Counted from the first letter of the whole stretch, positions 44,096 to 56,594 are shown. The stretch: DNA of 63,654 bases, filler included, from Collodictyon triciliatum (GCA_043381765.1; 6 parts of 6 records of this genome joined end to end with filler, not necessarily neighbours in it); one strand, 5' to 3'. The notes: generated by a model not told the origin, from the letters alone. A program made the numbers and translations.

Positions 44096-46921
44096 TTAAC
44101 TACCAGTACTCTTAAACAACGCAAGATTTTTTTCTGCTTCCTTACTCCCTTGTATTGCCAACAGCTCCAACAAATCAATTATCTCTTCGCGATGTGCCAC
44201 TTTGTCTTTTTTAATTAGCAGCTCGGCAAGAAGTTTCAATGATTTCTTGTCGTTCATTTGGTATCCAGCGCGCAGATACCCTTCGGCCAAGCGTATATTA
44301 TGCCCATGCCACTCAGTGTTCATGTAGGCCATTCCGAGGTGTCGCTTGCATATTCCATTCGGGGTTGCATCCATGACTTCAAAGAGTTCGACGGCTCGGT
44401 CTATGTCCCTGTCTACTCCTTTTCCAAAGTAATACATGTACGCCAGGTTGAAAGTGCTGGATGTCTTACCCTGCTCATAGGCACTTTTGAACCAGCGGGC
44501 TGCTTCGGCATAATTAACAACACACCCGACACCATTGTAATACATGAATCCGGCCTGGTTTTGTGACTTGGCACACCCCATGTTTGCTCCCATCTCATAC
44601 CAAGATAGCGCCAGCCGCTCAAAGTTCCGGGCAACCTCTGGCTCTTTGGTACTTTTCTTTGCCCACGAAAGGTAGTACGTTCCAAGTTCAGATGCTGCCG
44701 CAGCATATCCAGCTTTTGCAGCACGCTCTTTGAATTTTATAGACTCTTCCATAGATTTTTCAACACCACGTCCACTCTCATAGAATGAAGCTATTTTTGC
44801 AAGGGCCTCTCCGTGCTCACCCTCTGCAGCAGCCATGTAGTATCGAAATGCTACCTGTTCGTTTTGGTAGTCCTTCTCGTCATTTCCTTCGTATAATTGC
44901 CCAAGGCGGAATGCCGCGTCGTGTATTCCTTTTTCGGTAGCTTCCTGCAGTAATGATACTCCCCTTTTAATATCCTTGGTAACTCCTTGTCCATTGATAA
45001 AACAAATACCCAGCTGATAAATGGCCTCATCATGACCAGCATTCATCGATTGCACAATCCAATTAATTGCTTCATTCTCTTCTAGGGCGGTTTTAATTTC
45101 CGGTTGTATTGAAAGAATATGTTTTCCTAGGAGAAGCATTGCTGGGGCATAACCGTAAGACGCCGCAACTCTAATATGACGCAAGAACATCGATTCATCT
45201 CTTATGAAACCCCTTTCAGATGGCTGGATATAGTAAATTGCAAGATTGTAGTTGGCAACAGCGTCTCCCATAATAGAAGCTTTTCTGAGCCAAACCAGAG
45301 CCGATGTAATATTTTGGATTGTCCCCAATGCATCCATGTAACACACTGCCGTGTTTGTCATAGCAGAGAGGACTCCAGTATTTGCAGACCTTTCATACAT
45401 AACGAAAGCTTCATGAACGTTGTATGCTGGGCTGTTGGGATTGTTGAGACAATCTCCTAGACCAAGCAGAGCAAATCCGTGGCTGGATTCTATTTTCAAG
45501 AGTTTTTGATAGTTTTTAATTGCTTCTGGGATATTACCCGTCACATGCCAACCAAGTTGGTAATATTTGCCTCTTAAAAACATAGCATGAAGGGATGCGA
45601 CACTTTCCGAATCAGTTTGCAGACTCTCTGCAATTTGATCGAGATATATCCAACCTTGTGTATAATCCTTGCTAATCCATGTATGATAATGTGCCATGAA
45701 GAGAATTGAAACCCAGACAACATCTCTTTGGTTCATGGACGCTTCGACAATACTTTGCGTGATTACAGATATTATGGTTTCATTGCTTTCTGAAGATTCT
45801 GAGAATGCTTTTGCTGAGTTCGGGTTATAAAGAGATGAGAAGTGGGAATCATACTCCATGAAAAAATCGTCGGGTCTCCCATCTGGACTTTTTTTTGAAT
45901 CCACCGCGAATCTCTCATGGGATTCCTCTTTGAAAATGGTAGAATCGTCCTTATTCGACGTCCACGTCTCTGTATTGCCCAATTTTAGTACAGGGCCTAG
46001 AGTTGCTTCAGTTTTTGGTAATTTTGTATGGGCGGTTTCTTTCTCACTTTTCAGTATGACCGAGGCGTTGACTTTATCACGAAGTTTATTAGGGTTCATC
46101 AAATGGAAAATGAACAATATCAACCGGTACAGGGGAACTGGTAACCTATCTTCAAAGTTTACTACGCTTTCGAGAGCTTCATTACTTTCTTTGCTAGATA
46201 AAGTCGAGTAAATAAATATCAATCTTTTTGCAGCATCGTTTGGAACTCGTAACCCAGTTGCCATGTTTTCGTTAGCTTTAGGAGCTGATGTTGATTTAGG
46301 TAAGAGCTTTACCGAGTTGATTATAGATTCAGAAATCTTGCATGTTTGAGGAATGCTACATTCGGCGCCATGGTGCGCTGCCTGTTAGTTTTAACAGGAT
46401 ATAAGTTGTTTTTTTAACACCTTTATTCGATGATAGCAAGATAATATGCTATTTATTTTGGATGTATATTTATAACGAGAGGAAGTATCCAATTTCTGAT
46501 TAATTCTACAAAGACAAACCTGTGGCCTGGTACCATATTTTGGCCCAAGAAGGTCAAGGTAATCATGAAGCGGCATGGCCTTTATGCGGGATGAGTCTAA
46601 ACAATTCGAATAGGATTGGATTCCTGGTGAGGATTGACTAATGATATCTCGAACACGTTTGAGTCTACGGATTGATATGGATGAGTTTATATTCGCGTCG
46701 TGAAGCCATTGCTCGACTGGGATTTGCATAAACTCTTCTCGCGTGACCGTCCATTTTGTCAGGAACTCAATAAACTCGGTTTGGATTTTCCCCAACTCCA
46801 TTTCTCTGCACAGAGCTTGACATTCGTGCCTGCGATCGCTGGTCTCTGGAACAGATTTTTGGGCCATTTTTGTGTTTCTGCGTTTCCGCTTGGCTTTCGG
46901 CTCAACATCTTCATTGTCCAT
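44096..46921 (-). CDS. Sel1-like repeat protein with N-terminal NLS-like and possible SAM-like region (2 exons, intron 46382-46519)
   Basis: About ten Sel1 repeats (AIYQLGICFINGQGVTKDIKRGVSLLQEATEKG; SQNQAGFMYYNGVGCVVNYAEAARWFKSAYEQG). A phase-0 intron GTTTGT...CTAACAG joins ORF 46391-46921 in frame to ORF 44096-46264. Confidence 0.88.
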
Positions 46922-47029
46922 CCCTGACTAAAAACTTGGACCAACTATTGTTCTATTTAAGACTGTTTATGCTCAATTATCAGACAGTCCTTTTCCTTCA
47001 TGTTAAGCTTACGTTGTCTTCCCTTCTTT

Positions 47030-47331
47030 TTCCCTTTTTTTTGTTTTTTTTTTTGTTTTTTGTTATTTTGTTTTTTTGTTTTTTTGTTTTTTTGTTTTTT
47101 TGTTTTTTTGTTTTTTGTTTTTTGTTTTTTTTTTTTTGTTTTTTGTTTTTTTTTTTGTTTTTTGTTTTTTGTTTTTTGTTTTTGTTTTGTTTTTTGTTTT
47201 TTGTTTTTGTTTTTTGTTTTTGTTTTTTGTTTTTGTTTTTTGTTTTTTTTTTTTTTTGTTTTTTGTTTTGTTTTTTGTTTTTTGTTTTTTGTTTTTTGTT
47301 TTTTGTTTTTTGTTTTTTGTTTTTTGTTTTT
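47030..47331. repeat. Degenerate (TTTTTTG)n tract between divergent genes
   Basis: Low-complexity T-rich tandem array. Confidence 0.9.
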
Positions 47332-47879
47332 CTGAAGCATTCTCAGCTGCTGGCGAAGCGAACCCACGAGCATATTGATGCGCTTGCGCGTGTTTGGGTC
47401 TGAGGCCCTAACCCAAAAAGCCCAGAACGATGTCCGACGAATTCGATCAGAAAGAAAAAGAAAACTTGGTTGTTTCATATATAATATACCGTAAATATAA
47501 TATGATATATTCAAACCGCATACGCTCTGTTTCTGCTAAAAATTGAAACGGACAAGAAAAGAATGCTGGTGGGATGCGAAGGGCAACCAAAAAGAACAGC
47601 AGAAAAAAAGATAGAAAAGAAACGACCGGGCAAACAAAGCGAGTCACGCATTTGTTGCAGGTGTTGACTGGCATAGTAAATAGCCTTCCTGATTCACTAT
47701 TAACAGGAAGAAAAAAAAGGAGCAAAGCCTTTTATTCGCCGGGTGCCCCATTCTCCAAGGGAAAGCAGTGGGGTGCAAAAGAGAAGGGTTGATAGGAGGA
47801 GGAAGAAGAAAAGAAGAAAAAAAAAGCAATACAAGACGAAGACGAAAAGATCACCCGGACTGGAACTAAACGCGAGGTT

Positions 47880-49241
47880 ATGGGACGAGAAGCCATCTCA
47901 GAAGACAATCAAATGAACCTGGCCTGGTGCCTCCACAAAGCCCTTCAAATCTGGTTTGGGATCTTTGCACGCCTGATTCCCAAACTTTACATGATACTAT
48001 TGGCGATGTGGATGTACTATATTCCGTCCAGAATATTAACACGCGAGATTCTAGATCGAGTTCGACCTGTTCTTTACATATTGGTCCGGAACTGTTTGAT
48101 GGTCTTTTTATTTTCTTTTTCGTTTTCTGTATACTTTGAGCATGTTTTCGGTTTTGAACAAGTATTGCACGCGGTTTTCTTTGTTGTAATCCCATGCTCT
48201 TTCGCATCTCTTTTAACCGGTGTTATATTTTATCAAGAGTATTTTGTATACAATATCATCGTGAATATGATATCTATCATCGGGATAACTCTTAGCTTCT
48301 GGTCGATATCCAAAAGTGAAAGAAGGGAGAACATTAACGCCACTGAAGACATGAGGTACATGCTCTCAAAAGACGGGACTCCGCTTGCTTTATGGAAAGG
48401 AATCATGGTTATGTTTATGCTTGCCAATTTTTTGGTCCAGAATTTGTTTCCTCTGTATTTGTCATCGGATGTATATGTGCAGCTGGCCTTTCGGCTATTC
48501 GTGTTTCCGCTATGCTTTACTTTTTCCAAATGGGTCCAAATATACTTGCTGTTTAAGTTTTCCAATGACCTAATGGATCGAAGATTGATTATGAACAAGA
48601 TGAGACTATATTACATGGACTTGGTTAATCGGTTGTATTTGTCCAATATGTCGAAAGATGGCTTCAACTCTACTATATATATCGTTGCAAACTTTGCCAC
48701 ATGTGTCTTTGAGATTTTGTTGGTTTTGACTCACGAACAACAACTGAAGCTATGGTATAGGTTTAGAGAAGCAATGAAGGGCTTAATCACAAAATTGGTT
48801 GAAAGAAACAAGAGAAATCGGGTAGCCGCCTTTACGTCCATCGAAAGCCGGATGGACTATTTCGTGGGCAGCCCAGAAATGAACGAGGAAGAATTTGTCA
48901 AAGCCTCCATTATTTTTCATGAGAGACATATATGCGAAGGCATTTGTTCTGAAGTTCACTCCATTTTTAGCGCACCTCTACTGATGTATTTTTTGTATTT
49001 CATATTCCCAGACGCCCCACTTGAGATTATACCTTCACTTTGGGGCTGCATCTACCAGGTTGGCGTCCAACTAGGATTCGAGTTTGTGAGTGACGTGGTG
49101 AATTTAACGTTTCAACTTTGGAAAGGGCACATTCGAGCAGAGATTTTAGAGGATTGGCATCCAATGCAAAGTACTCTTATTGTTTCATTTTATCTCTTTT
49201 GTGTTTTTTATGTCCATTTTCTTGTTGGTTTATTTTCTTGA
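47880..49241 (+). CDS. Intronless multi-pass membrane protein, unknown family
   Basis: 453-aa open frame in AT-rich DNA with roughly 9-11 hydrophobic segments and a charged loop. No motif recognised. Confidence 0.7.
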   Translation: MGREAISEDNQMNLAWCLHKALQIWFGIFARLIPKLYMILLAMWMYYIPSRILTREILDRVRPVLYILVRNCLMVFLFSFSFSVYFEHVFGFEQVLHAVFFVVIPCSFASLLTGVIFYQEYFVYNIIVNMISIIGITLSFWSISKSERRENINATEDMRYMLSKDGTPLALWKGIMVMFMLANFLVQNLFPLYLSSDVYVQLAFRLFVFPLCFTFSKWVQIYLLFKFSNDLMDRRLIMNKMRLYYMDLVNRLYLSNMSKDGFNSTIYIVANFATCVFEILLVLTHEQQLKLWYRFREAMKGLITKLVERNKRNRVAAFTSIESRMDYFVGSPEMNEEEFVKASIIFHERHICEGICSEVHSIFSAPLLMYFLYFIFPDAPLEIIPSLWGCIYQVGVQLGFEFVSDVVNLTFQLWKGHIRAEILEDWHPMQSTLIVSFYLFCVFYVHFLVGLFS

Positions 49242-50523
49242 GTGTGTTTTATACAAGATTGCTGTAAATCTTCAAGAATGCCTTCTGTGAATAAAAGGAC
49301 ATTCTCCCTTCTGTTCTTTCGTGGGTCTGGATTGTGAAACCTAAGAAGAAAAGTGGAGGAAATAAATGGGCAATCAGAGGTTGGTAGAGACGAATCATAA
49401 AATACCTTGTGATAGAGAAAGTCTTATCGCGCGTCATCCGGCGAAGATAGTTTTGGTTTGGTTTTGGACGAGTGGTTCTGTGCCCTGGAATTCACATCCA
49501 GATTTGAACATGTAAAGGCTCAATGAATTATAAATTCCACAAAAGAAATTCATCTTGGCCTGAAAATTTTGAAAACGAGAACGATTTGTCCAAAAGAGGT
49601 ATCACGCCAAGTCCTTCCCATGCAGCAGACATGGTTGCTTTTACGACTAATGATGCCATATTAGTGTTTATTCTGTTGAAGAGTCAGTCGAATCCTCCGC
49701 TTTTGTCCGTTTTGTTTTCCCGACCACAGGTTATCCGATAAGGTCGCTTCATTATCCAGCTTGTTTTTCGCGTGGTTGTTACTTTCGAGTCGCACCACAA
49801 CGGCCACTGAATCCAAATGTAGCAGTTGCGAACTGCCTATTCCGTAAGATCATCCAAATAGGAAGTTGTGTATTTGAATTAAATTTTTCTTTTCGGGGCC
49901 AAAATCAGAATTCAATTCATTAAAATTCGAAAAGACTACACAAGAAACGCATTTTATTTTCTCGAAAAGAAACGCTGTGCATAATATAAAGAGCGATAGA
50001 TGAAATCTGCAAGGCGAAAGAAAAAAAAACAATTATTTGAAATTTCCAAGGAGTTTGTGGGGTTTAAAGAGAAACAAATGACCAACAACAGCAGCGGCCA
50101 ATCCGCAACAGCCTTCAACCAATCCGATGAGGTGAAGAGAGAGAGAGAAGAGAAAAGAGAATAGAACAGAGAAGAAAGGAGAATGAGAGATAAAGAAAAT
50201 ACCACAGTATTGAATCGCCCCAAGCGCACATGACAACACACCCACCTTCATCCCGCACGGCCACCCCGCCCGGGACGTCACCGACAACATAAATAGACGG
50301 TGGCTGCCATGCGCAACCTCGCACAACATATCCCCAACAACAAAGCAAAGTCTCATTTCCCATTCAAAGCCGAATACAAAACAAAAACAAAACAAAAACA
50401 AACCACTTCGATTAGCTTGTCCAGAGCACTCTGTGCACAAACAAAACAAAATAGAACAGAACATGACATAACAAAGAACAAAATAGAACAGAACAGAACA
50501 GAACAGAACAGCACAGAACAGCC

Positions 50524-51117
50524 ATGACAATGAAGCGCAGCGCCCACGAGTGGGAGGGCACAGAGAGCACACGCGTGTGTGTGAGCGAGGCCGCGTGGGA
50601 CTCGCTGGTGGCCGGGATGCTGGACGCGTGTCCCCGCAAACGCCTGCGAGGCCGCCCCCGCCGCGACGGACAACCGCCACAGCCCCGCCCGAAGCCGCCG
50701 CATCCGCCCCTCGCCCTCCTCAACCACTTCGTCCTGCCCCCGCGCTCCCCGCCCGCATTCCTCTCGCTCCCCATCCCCATCCCCATCCCCCTCGCCGTCC
50801 CGCTCGCGCCCGCATTCTCCCATGGACGCACAAACAACGCAGCTGGCACCGCCACAGACTCTTCCATCTCCATTTCGTCGTCCCTGTCGCCCGCATTCCC
50901 CCATGGACGCACAAATAACGCAGCTGGCACCGCCACAGACTCTTCCGTTTCCATTTCATCGTCGTCGTCATCTTCATCAGCGTCGCTCTCGCCCGCATTC
51001 CCTGACGGACGCACCAACTGCCCGAGTGGCACAACCACCCCGCCGAGCCGCCTGCAGGTCATGCAGATTCCCTTTCTGCTCAACGAGCCGCCCTTTGCAA
51101 ACGCCGCGACCTCCTGA
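50524..51117 (+). CDS. Hypothetical Pro/Ser-rich protein with internal 81-bp repeat
   Basis: GC-rich ORF with an ATG after (AGAAC)n. PAFxHGRTNNAAGTATDSS occurs twice, plus a partial third copy. Confidence 0.35.
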   Translation: MTMKRSAHEWEGTESTRVCVSEAAWDSLVAGMLDACPRKRLRGRPRRDGQPPQPRPKPPHPPLALLNHFVLPPRSPPAFLSLPIPIPIPLAVPLAPAFSHGRTNNAAGTATDSSISISSSLSPAFPHGRTNNAAGTATDSSVSISSSSSSSSASLSPAFPDGRTNCPSGTTTPPSRLQVMQIPFLLNEPPFANAATS

Positions 51118-51426
51118 ACAGCCCCCGATTTCTCCGTACACTCATTCACTCACTCGCTCACTATCTCTTCCCCTATCTGTCTCTATCTCTGCTTGTTTCC
51201 AATCTCACGTCCCTACACAAACACACACACACGCACTGAAGAGGAGGGAAATCGGGAGTTTCTCCTCCGTTCGTCCAACTCATTCGCTTGCTTTTCTCTT
51301 CTCTCCTTCTCTCCTCTCCCCTCTCTTCTACTTACCTATACAAAGTTGATATTAAAGGCCCACCATAGACTGTCAACCAAGGAAGACGTTGGATGGGACT
51401 CTGGATGAGAAAGGACAGTGCTTTAT

Positions 51427-52953
51427 TCATCCCCGCAGCCTGGTCTGCGATGCTCGCTCGGCATTCAGCGCGCTTTGCTGGGCCATCACAGTTGCCACGC
51501 TGTTCATGTATTCGGCCATTGGCGGAAGCGGCACCGGCCCCAAAGTGCCTGCCTCTTTGTCGCTCACTTTCCTCTGTCGAATCAGCATCGCAGCCCATCG
51601 CCGCTCTGTCTGCTGGCACACGTCTTTGATGGTTCGGCCGGATATCCCGTTTGTCTTTTGGGCCAGCTAGTGTTATTAATTAATAATTATATATATTTAA
51701 GGGAAAAAAGTGCATTCCAATGCACTAGTATTTCTTGCTCTAGCTCGTATACCTATGTTATCAATCACAAGCTGATGTGATGATTAAGATTATATTTTTT
51801 TTGAAAAAAAAAAAGCAACAATCTTGACAGGTAGACTAGTTTGTTTTGTTATCTGTTCTGTTTGTTTTTTTAAGTGCATCTGATGAAAATTCATTGGAGA
51901 GAACTCGAATTGAAAGAAAAAGAAAAATGAAGTGAAGATGGGCACATGGATGATCTGGTTGTGAGAAGGGGAGAATACAAACGATTCTCCGCTCCGGCTC
52001 GCTCAGATGGATGGCGTACAGGCCAAAGATCTCGGCCCGCGCAGACTCATCAGGTAGTGGGAAGCTCAAAGTCGTGTCGAAGCGGCTGAGCAAAGCCTCG
52101 TCCAAATCCTGCATGTATGTGTGTGTATATGTGCGTGAGTCTGTTTCAGTATGGTTGACACATCTTTTGTGTATGTGCGGGCTGCTTTTTGTGGTGGTGT
52201 GCTTCTGATTCTGTGGGTTTTGGATGCATTTGGTGGTATTGGAGGGAATATTGCTGTATATAGGAGTGCTCTTGTTCGATTCGATGTCGGCGTTAAAAGT
52301 AATTATCGTATCGATTTTTTTTTCTTCTTCTTCCCTCTCTAGCTTATATTTGGGTGTGGATTGATGGAGCGTATATATTTCTGCTTGTTTGTGTGTTGCA
52401 TATGTGAACGGGTGCTGTGTGGTGGCGTTGGCTGTGCCAACAGATACAAAACTATGCTTCAACAATCTGGCATAGGCTGTCACCTGCGGTCGATTCGTAG
52501 CTCCAATCACAAGGGTCTTTTGATTGTCTTGAAAGCCGTCAATTCGACGAAGAAGCACTGTGCAAATGTGGTTGACCATGAACATTATGAATGGAATTTG
52601 ACATCAATATGTTTGTAACAAAGGTGCTTGATGTCAAAAGAAAATAATGGATTGGCGTGTAACCATTTCTAATTGGCAATATGCATTCGTGTAATGTGTT
52701 TAGATCTCGAGTTCAATTTTGTTTGCTCATGGAACGAATTCATGTCTTATCTGAAAAAAAAATTCATCTTGGGGAGGGATTATCGATTTAATCCTGTATC
52801 ATTATCTATATCTTGTTTTCTCTTTTTGCTTCTCTTGTTTATCTACGGTTGTCTTGTTGTTTTGAATTCATGTTAACAAAATGGTATACCAGACAAAGTT
52901 CGTCGCGACGCTTCATGAATCTCACCAGATCGTGATGTTGCAAGGGAATCAAT
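51427..52953 (-). CDS. AAA+ ATPase, C-terminal part (5' end lost at scaffold end)
   Basis: Exons encode IDSLATSRSGEIHEASRRTL|SVLLRRIDGF..TLVIGATNRPQ|DLDEALLSRFD..FPLPDESARAEIF|LAQKTNGISGRTIKDVC: the post-Walker-B region, SRH with Arg finger, and lid. Confidence 0.88.
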
Positions 52954-53231
52954 CTTGCATTTATTTTATGAAGTTACAGAAAAAAAGAAAGGTCATCTGG
53001 TCTTCCAAGTATATTTTTTTTTGAAGGGCATGATTTTGTTGAATAAGAGAGACTAGATACTTTTGTATTCTTTTCTTTTTTCTTTTTTTCTTTTTTTCTT
53101 TTTTCTTTTTTCTTTTTTCCTATTTTCCTATTTTCCTTTTTTCCTTTTTTCCTTTTTTCCTTTTTTCCTTTTTTCCTTTTTTCCTTTTTTCCTTTTTTCC
53201 TTTTTTCCTTTTTTCCTTTTTTCCTTTTTTC

Positions 53232-53331
53232 NNNNNNNNNNNNNNNNNNNNNNNNNNNNNNNNNNNNNNNNNNNNTTAATTAATTAANNNNNNNNNNNNN
53301 NNNNNNNNNNNNNNNNNNNNNNNNNNNNNNN
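53232..53331. other. Artificial scaffold linker
   Basis: N44-TTAATTAATTAA-N44. It separates the scaffolds carrying the two Fanzor copies. Confidence 0.95.
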
Positions 53332-53719
53332 TTTTACTTTTTACTTTTTACTTTTTACTTTTTACTTTTTACTTTTTACTTTTTACTTTTTACTTTTTAC
53401 TTTTTACTTTTTTTTTTCTTTTATTCCTTGAAACGATCAAAGAAGGCACCTAACGAATCGAATAAAGGAAAAAAAAAAAAAAGAAGGCACCTAACAAGGG
53501 GCAATGAATCAAGGATATAGCCTTGCGCTCAGGATCTCGCGTGTGGGTTCTCGCCACCCAATCGCCTATTTTTTTTTATTGTCGCTGCCCTTTCCCCGGC
53601 GACTAGATCGGAATCAGTGTCCATTATCCTGGTGTAATTTACCCAATAATGGAAATTATAGGATACTAACTAAATATAGTCCTAATAACTTATTTTAGTC
53701 TGCACTAACAATAATGTAT

Positions 53720-53840
53720 TACTAGAAAGAGTATACCAATAAAAGACTAGTGAACCTGGTTTGCTAGTATCCAAGGTCTCACCATTTTTTTCACAAAGAT
53801 TGTGTAGTGGTGAAGGCTGCCTGGAAAGAGCCAACAGCCT
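53720..53840 (-). ncRNA. Candidate Fanzor omegaRNA scaffold, copy 2
   Basis: On the - strand the hairpins AGGCTGTTGG/CCAGGCAGCCT, TCACCA..CACA..TGTG..TGGTGA and TACTAG..CTAGTA are homologous to copy 1. Confidence 0.6.
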
Positions 53841-54322
53841 GTTTTTTAGAGGAAGGTGTATGCATTTTTTGAATGATTAAAAGAACTTTGTTGAGTATGT
53901 TATTAGCGCTGTTAAAGTCCGTTGTCAAGAATACAGTTTGTTTGCTTTCTGAGCGATTGCATTCTTTACATATGAGACATCTATACACCTTTTTGTATTT
54001 TCTTTCAGTTTCATACAGTTCATTTCTTTTTTCGCAGTTGCAACACATCTTGGAGGTTCTTAATTCATCTACACTAACTGCTTCAAAACGTTTGGATATT
54101 ATTTTTCGTAATTGTCTTCCGATTATTGCCATAAAATGTTTCATCTGACATTTTCTGCTCCAGTCCCCATAGGCCAGTACAACATCCTAGCCAAATGTCT
54201 TTTCGATTCAGTCCATAAACAATTCTTCACTTCTTTTTGTATTGACATAGTGTCTCCATCTCATCTTTCGAAAAGCTACTTGTTCATAAAATCTGGGTAA
54301 TTCTGTCTGGTATCTTGATTTC
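53720..54322 (-). pseudogene. Fanzor1 element copy 2 (3' part; upstream portion in a 719-N gap)
   Basis: Collinear with 43201-43802, roughly 85-90% identical in the coding part by hand count: FRKMRW, MD*IEKTFG*DVVLAYGDWS, VDELRTSKMCCNC...CKEC, TDFNSANNI. Stops at 54208-54210 and 54187-54189. Confidence 0.88.
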
Positions 54323-55879
54323 NNNNNNNNNNNNNNNNNNNNNNNNNNNNNNNNNNNNNNNNNNNNNNNNNNNNNNNNNNNNNNNNNNNNNNNNNNNNNN
54401 NNNNNNNNNNNNNNNNNNNNNNNNNNNNNNNNNNNNNNNNNNNNNNNNNNNNNNNNNNNNNNNNNNNNNNNNNNNNNNNNNNNNNNNNNNNNNNNNNNNN
54501 NNNNNNNNNNNNNNNNNNNNNNNNNNNNNNNNNNNNNNNNNNNNNNNNNNNNNNNNNNNNNNNNNNNNNNNNNNNNNNNNNNNNNNNNNNNNNNNNNNNN
54601 NNNNNNNNNNNNNNNNNNNNNNNNNNNNNNNNNNNNNNNNNNNNNNNNNNNNNNNNNNNNNNNNNNNNNNNNNNNNNNNNNNNNNNNNNNNNNNNNNNNN
54701 NNNNNNNNNNNNNNNNNNNNNNNNNNNNNNNNNNNNNNNNNNNNNNNNNNNNNNNNNNNNNNNNNNNNNNNNNNNNNNNNNNNNNNNNNNNNNNNNNNNN
54801 NNNNNNNNNNNNNNNNNNNNNNNNNNNNNNNNNNNNNNNNNNNNNNNNNNNNNNNNNNNNNNNNNNNNNNNNNNNNNNNNNNNNNNNNNNNNNNNNNNNN
54901 NNNNNNNNNNNNNNNNNNNNNNNNNNNNNNNNNNNNNNNNNNNNNNNNNNNNNNNNNNNNNNNNNNNNNNNNNNNNNNNNNNNNNNNNNNNNNNNNNNNN
55001 NNNNNNNNNNNNNNNNNNNNNNNNNNNNNNNNNNNNNNNNNGAAAGATAATTGCATAGGAAGATAGAGGGTGGTTTATTTTTCTAAAAAGCAGTTAACTT
55101 GAATCACAGTCGATTTTACATGTCATAGCCAACGAAAGGACATACCCTCGTCTTGAATTATAGGCTTCCTTCATCGGTGCCCGCGGGGGTGGGGGCGGAG
55201 GTGGGGATGTGATCCACAAATGGTATAAATCTCACCTTTCTTTTGGCGAAATTTCTCCCCACCACAGAACAGAATCGTTCCGAGACTAATTCCAGATATA
55301 GTTCAATTTGAGTAGGATTATGGACAGAGGCCTTTTTTTTTCTTTTTTTTCTGGTTGTTGGTTATTCGATTTACCTTTATATTTGCAAACTGTCCACATC
55401 GAATATTGCTTATACAAACGGAATCGAAAAAATATTATGCAAAGCAGCAGTTTCGATATTGTCTGTGATACAGAAAAGTGATCCAAAAGCGGAGGCCTTA
55501 ATCCGAGCCTCGCTTCAGACCCAAACATCATCCCCTCATATACGAGTCCTTTCACAGCCCAGCTCTACTTTTCATTTATGTTTGTGCACTCCTCACACTC
55601 ACGCATCCAGACCGACTCCGAAGTTTTTGGTATATGCATCAAAGAAAAGAAAAGAAAAGAAAAAAAAAGAAAAGAAAAAATGAAAAATGAAAAATGAAAA
55701 AAATAAAAAGAGAAAAGAAAAACGAAAAGAAAAACGAAAAGAAAAAAGAGAAAGAAAAAGAAAAAGAGAAAAGAGAAAAGAGAAAAGAGAAAAGAGAAAA
55801 GAGAAAGAGAAAAGAGAAAGAGAAAGAGAATGAGAAAGATATCATTATTATTCACAGTGCGTCACTCAGACAAGCTGTT

Positions 55880-56331
55880 ATGAAATCCAGAACACCAGTC
55901 CCCCAGCAGATGGGCGACCAGCCATCAGCCAGACAGCGCCTCCAATACGTTGGACATTACCGGTTGGGGAAAACAATAGGTCAGGGCTCTTTCGGCAAAG
56001 TTAAGATTGCAACACACCAACTGACTGGAGAAAAGGTTTGCATCCTCTCCCTTACTCCCACTCCTGCTTTCCCTCCTATCTAGACATTCTTTTATTCTTT
56101 TTTTTCTCAATTTCTCCTAGTAGCGAACCTGATAGGATAAATAATAATAAAATAAAAAAAAGATCTTCCTATGCTATGCCCTTTTATCACAAAGTAGCTA
56201 ACATTTAACTTTGTAATAATAGTGAAAGATACAAAGTATCAAGTAAATAAACTTTTACACATTAAGTCGTATTTTTATTCTAGGTAGCAATCAAGATATT
56301 GACCAAAGAAAAGATTCTTGCTGACCCACCG
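55880..56331 (+). CDS. SNF1/MARK-family kinase paralog, first two exons only (runs into a gap)
   Basis: MKSRTP...YVGHYRLGKTIGQGSFGKVKIATHQLTGEK|VAIKILTKEKILADPP, with the same intron positions as the downstream paralog. Confidence 0.75.
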
Positions 56332-56499
56332 GTAATTGAATGCATTGAAAGCATTTTCCCTTTTTTTTCTTTTTTTTTTTTTTTTTTTTTTTTTGTTTTN
56401 NNNNNNNNNNNNNNNNNNNNNNNNNNNNNNNNNNNNNNNNNNNNNNNNNNNNNNNNNNNNNNNNNNNNNNNNNNNNNNNNNNNNNNNNNNNNNNNNNNN

Positions 56500-56500
56500 G

Positions 56501-56594
<94 letters not shown>
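56500..56594. repeat. (GTT)n microsatellite
   Basis: Tandem trinucleotide next to a gap. Confidence 0.9.

Noticed and set aside
39598-49241. Endogenous giant-virus fragment (Fic + Fanzor + Sel1 cluster)
   Set aside because: No NCLDV core gene was recognised, and the Fic and Sel1 genes have host-type spliceosomal introns.
42411-54322. The two Fanzor copies as inverted ends of one ~12-kb composite element carrying the Sel1, membrane and AAA genes
   Set aside because: An artificial linker at 53232-53331 separates them. They are on different scaffolds, so their adjacency and orientation are artefacts.
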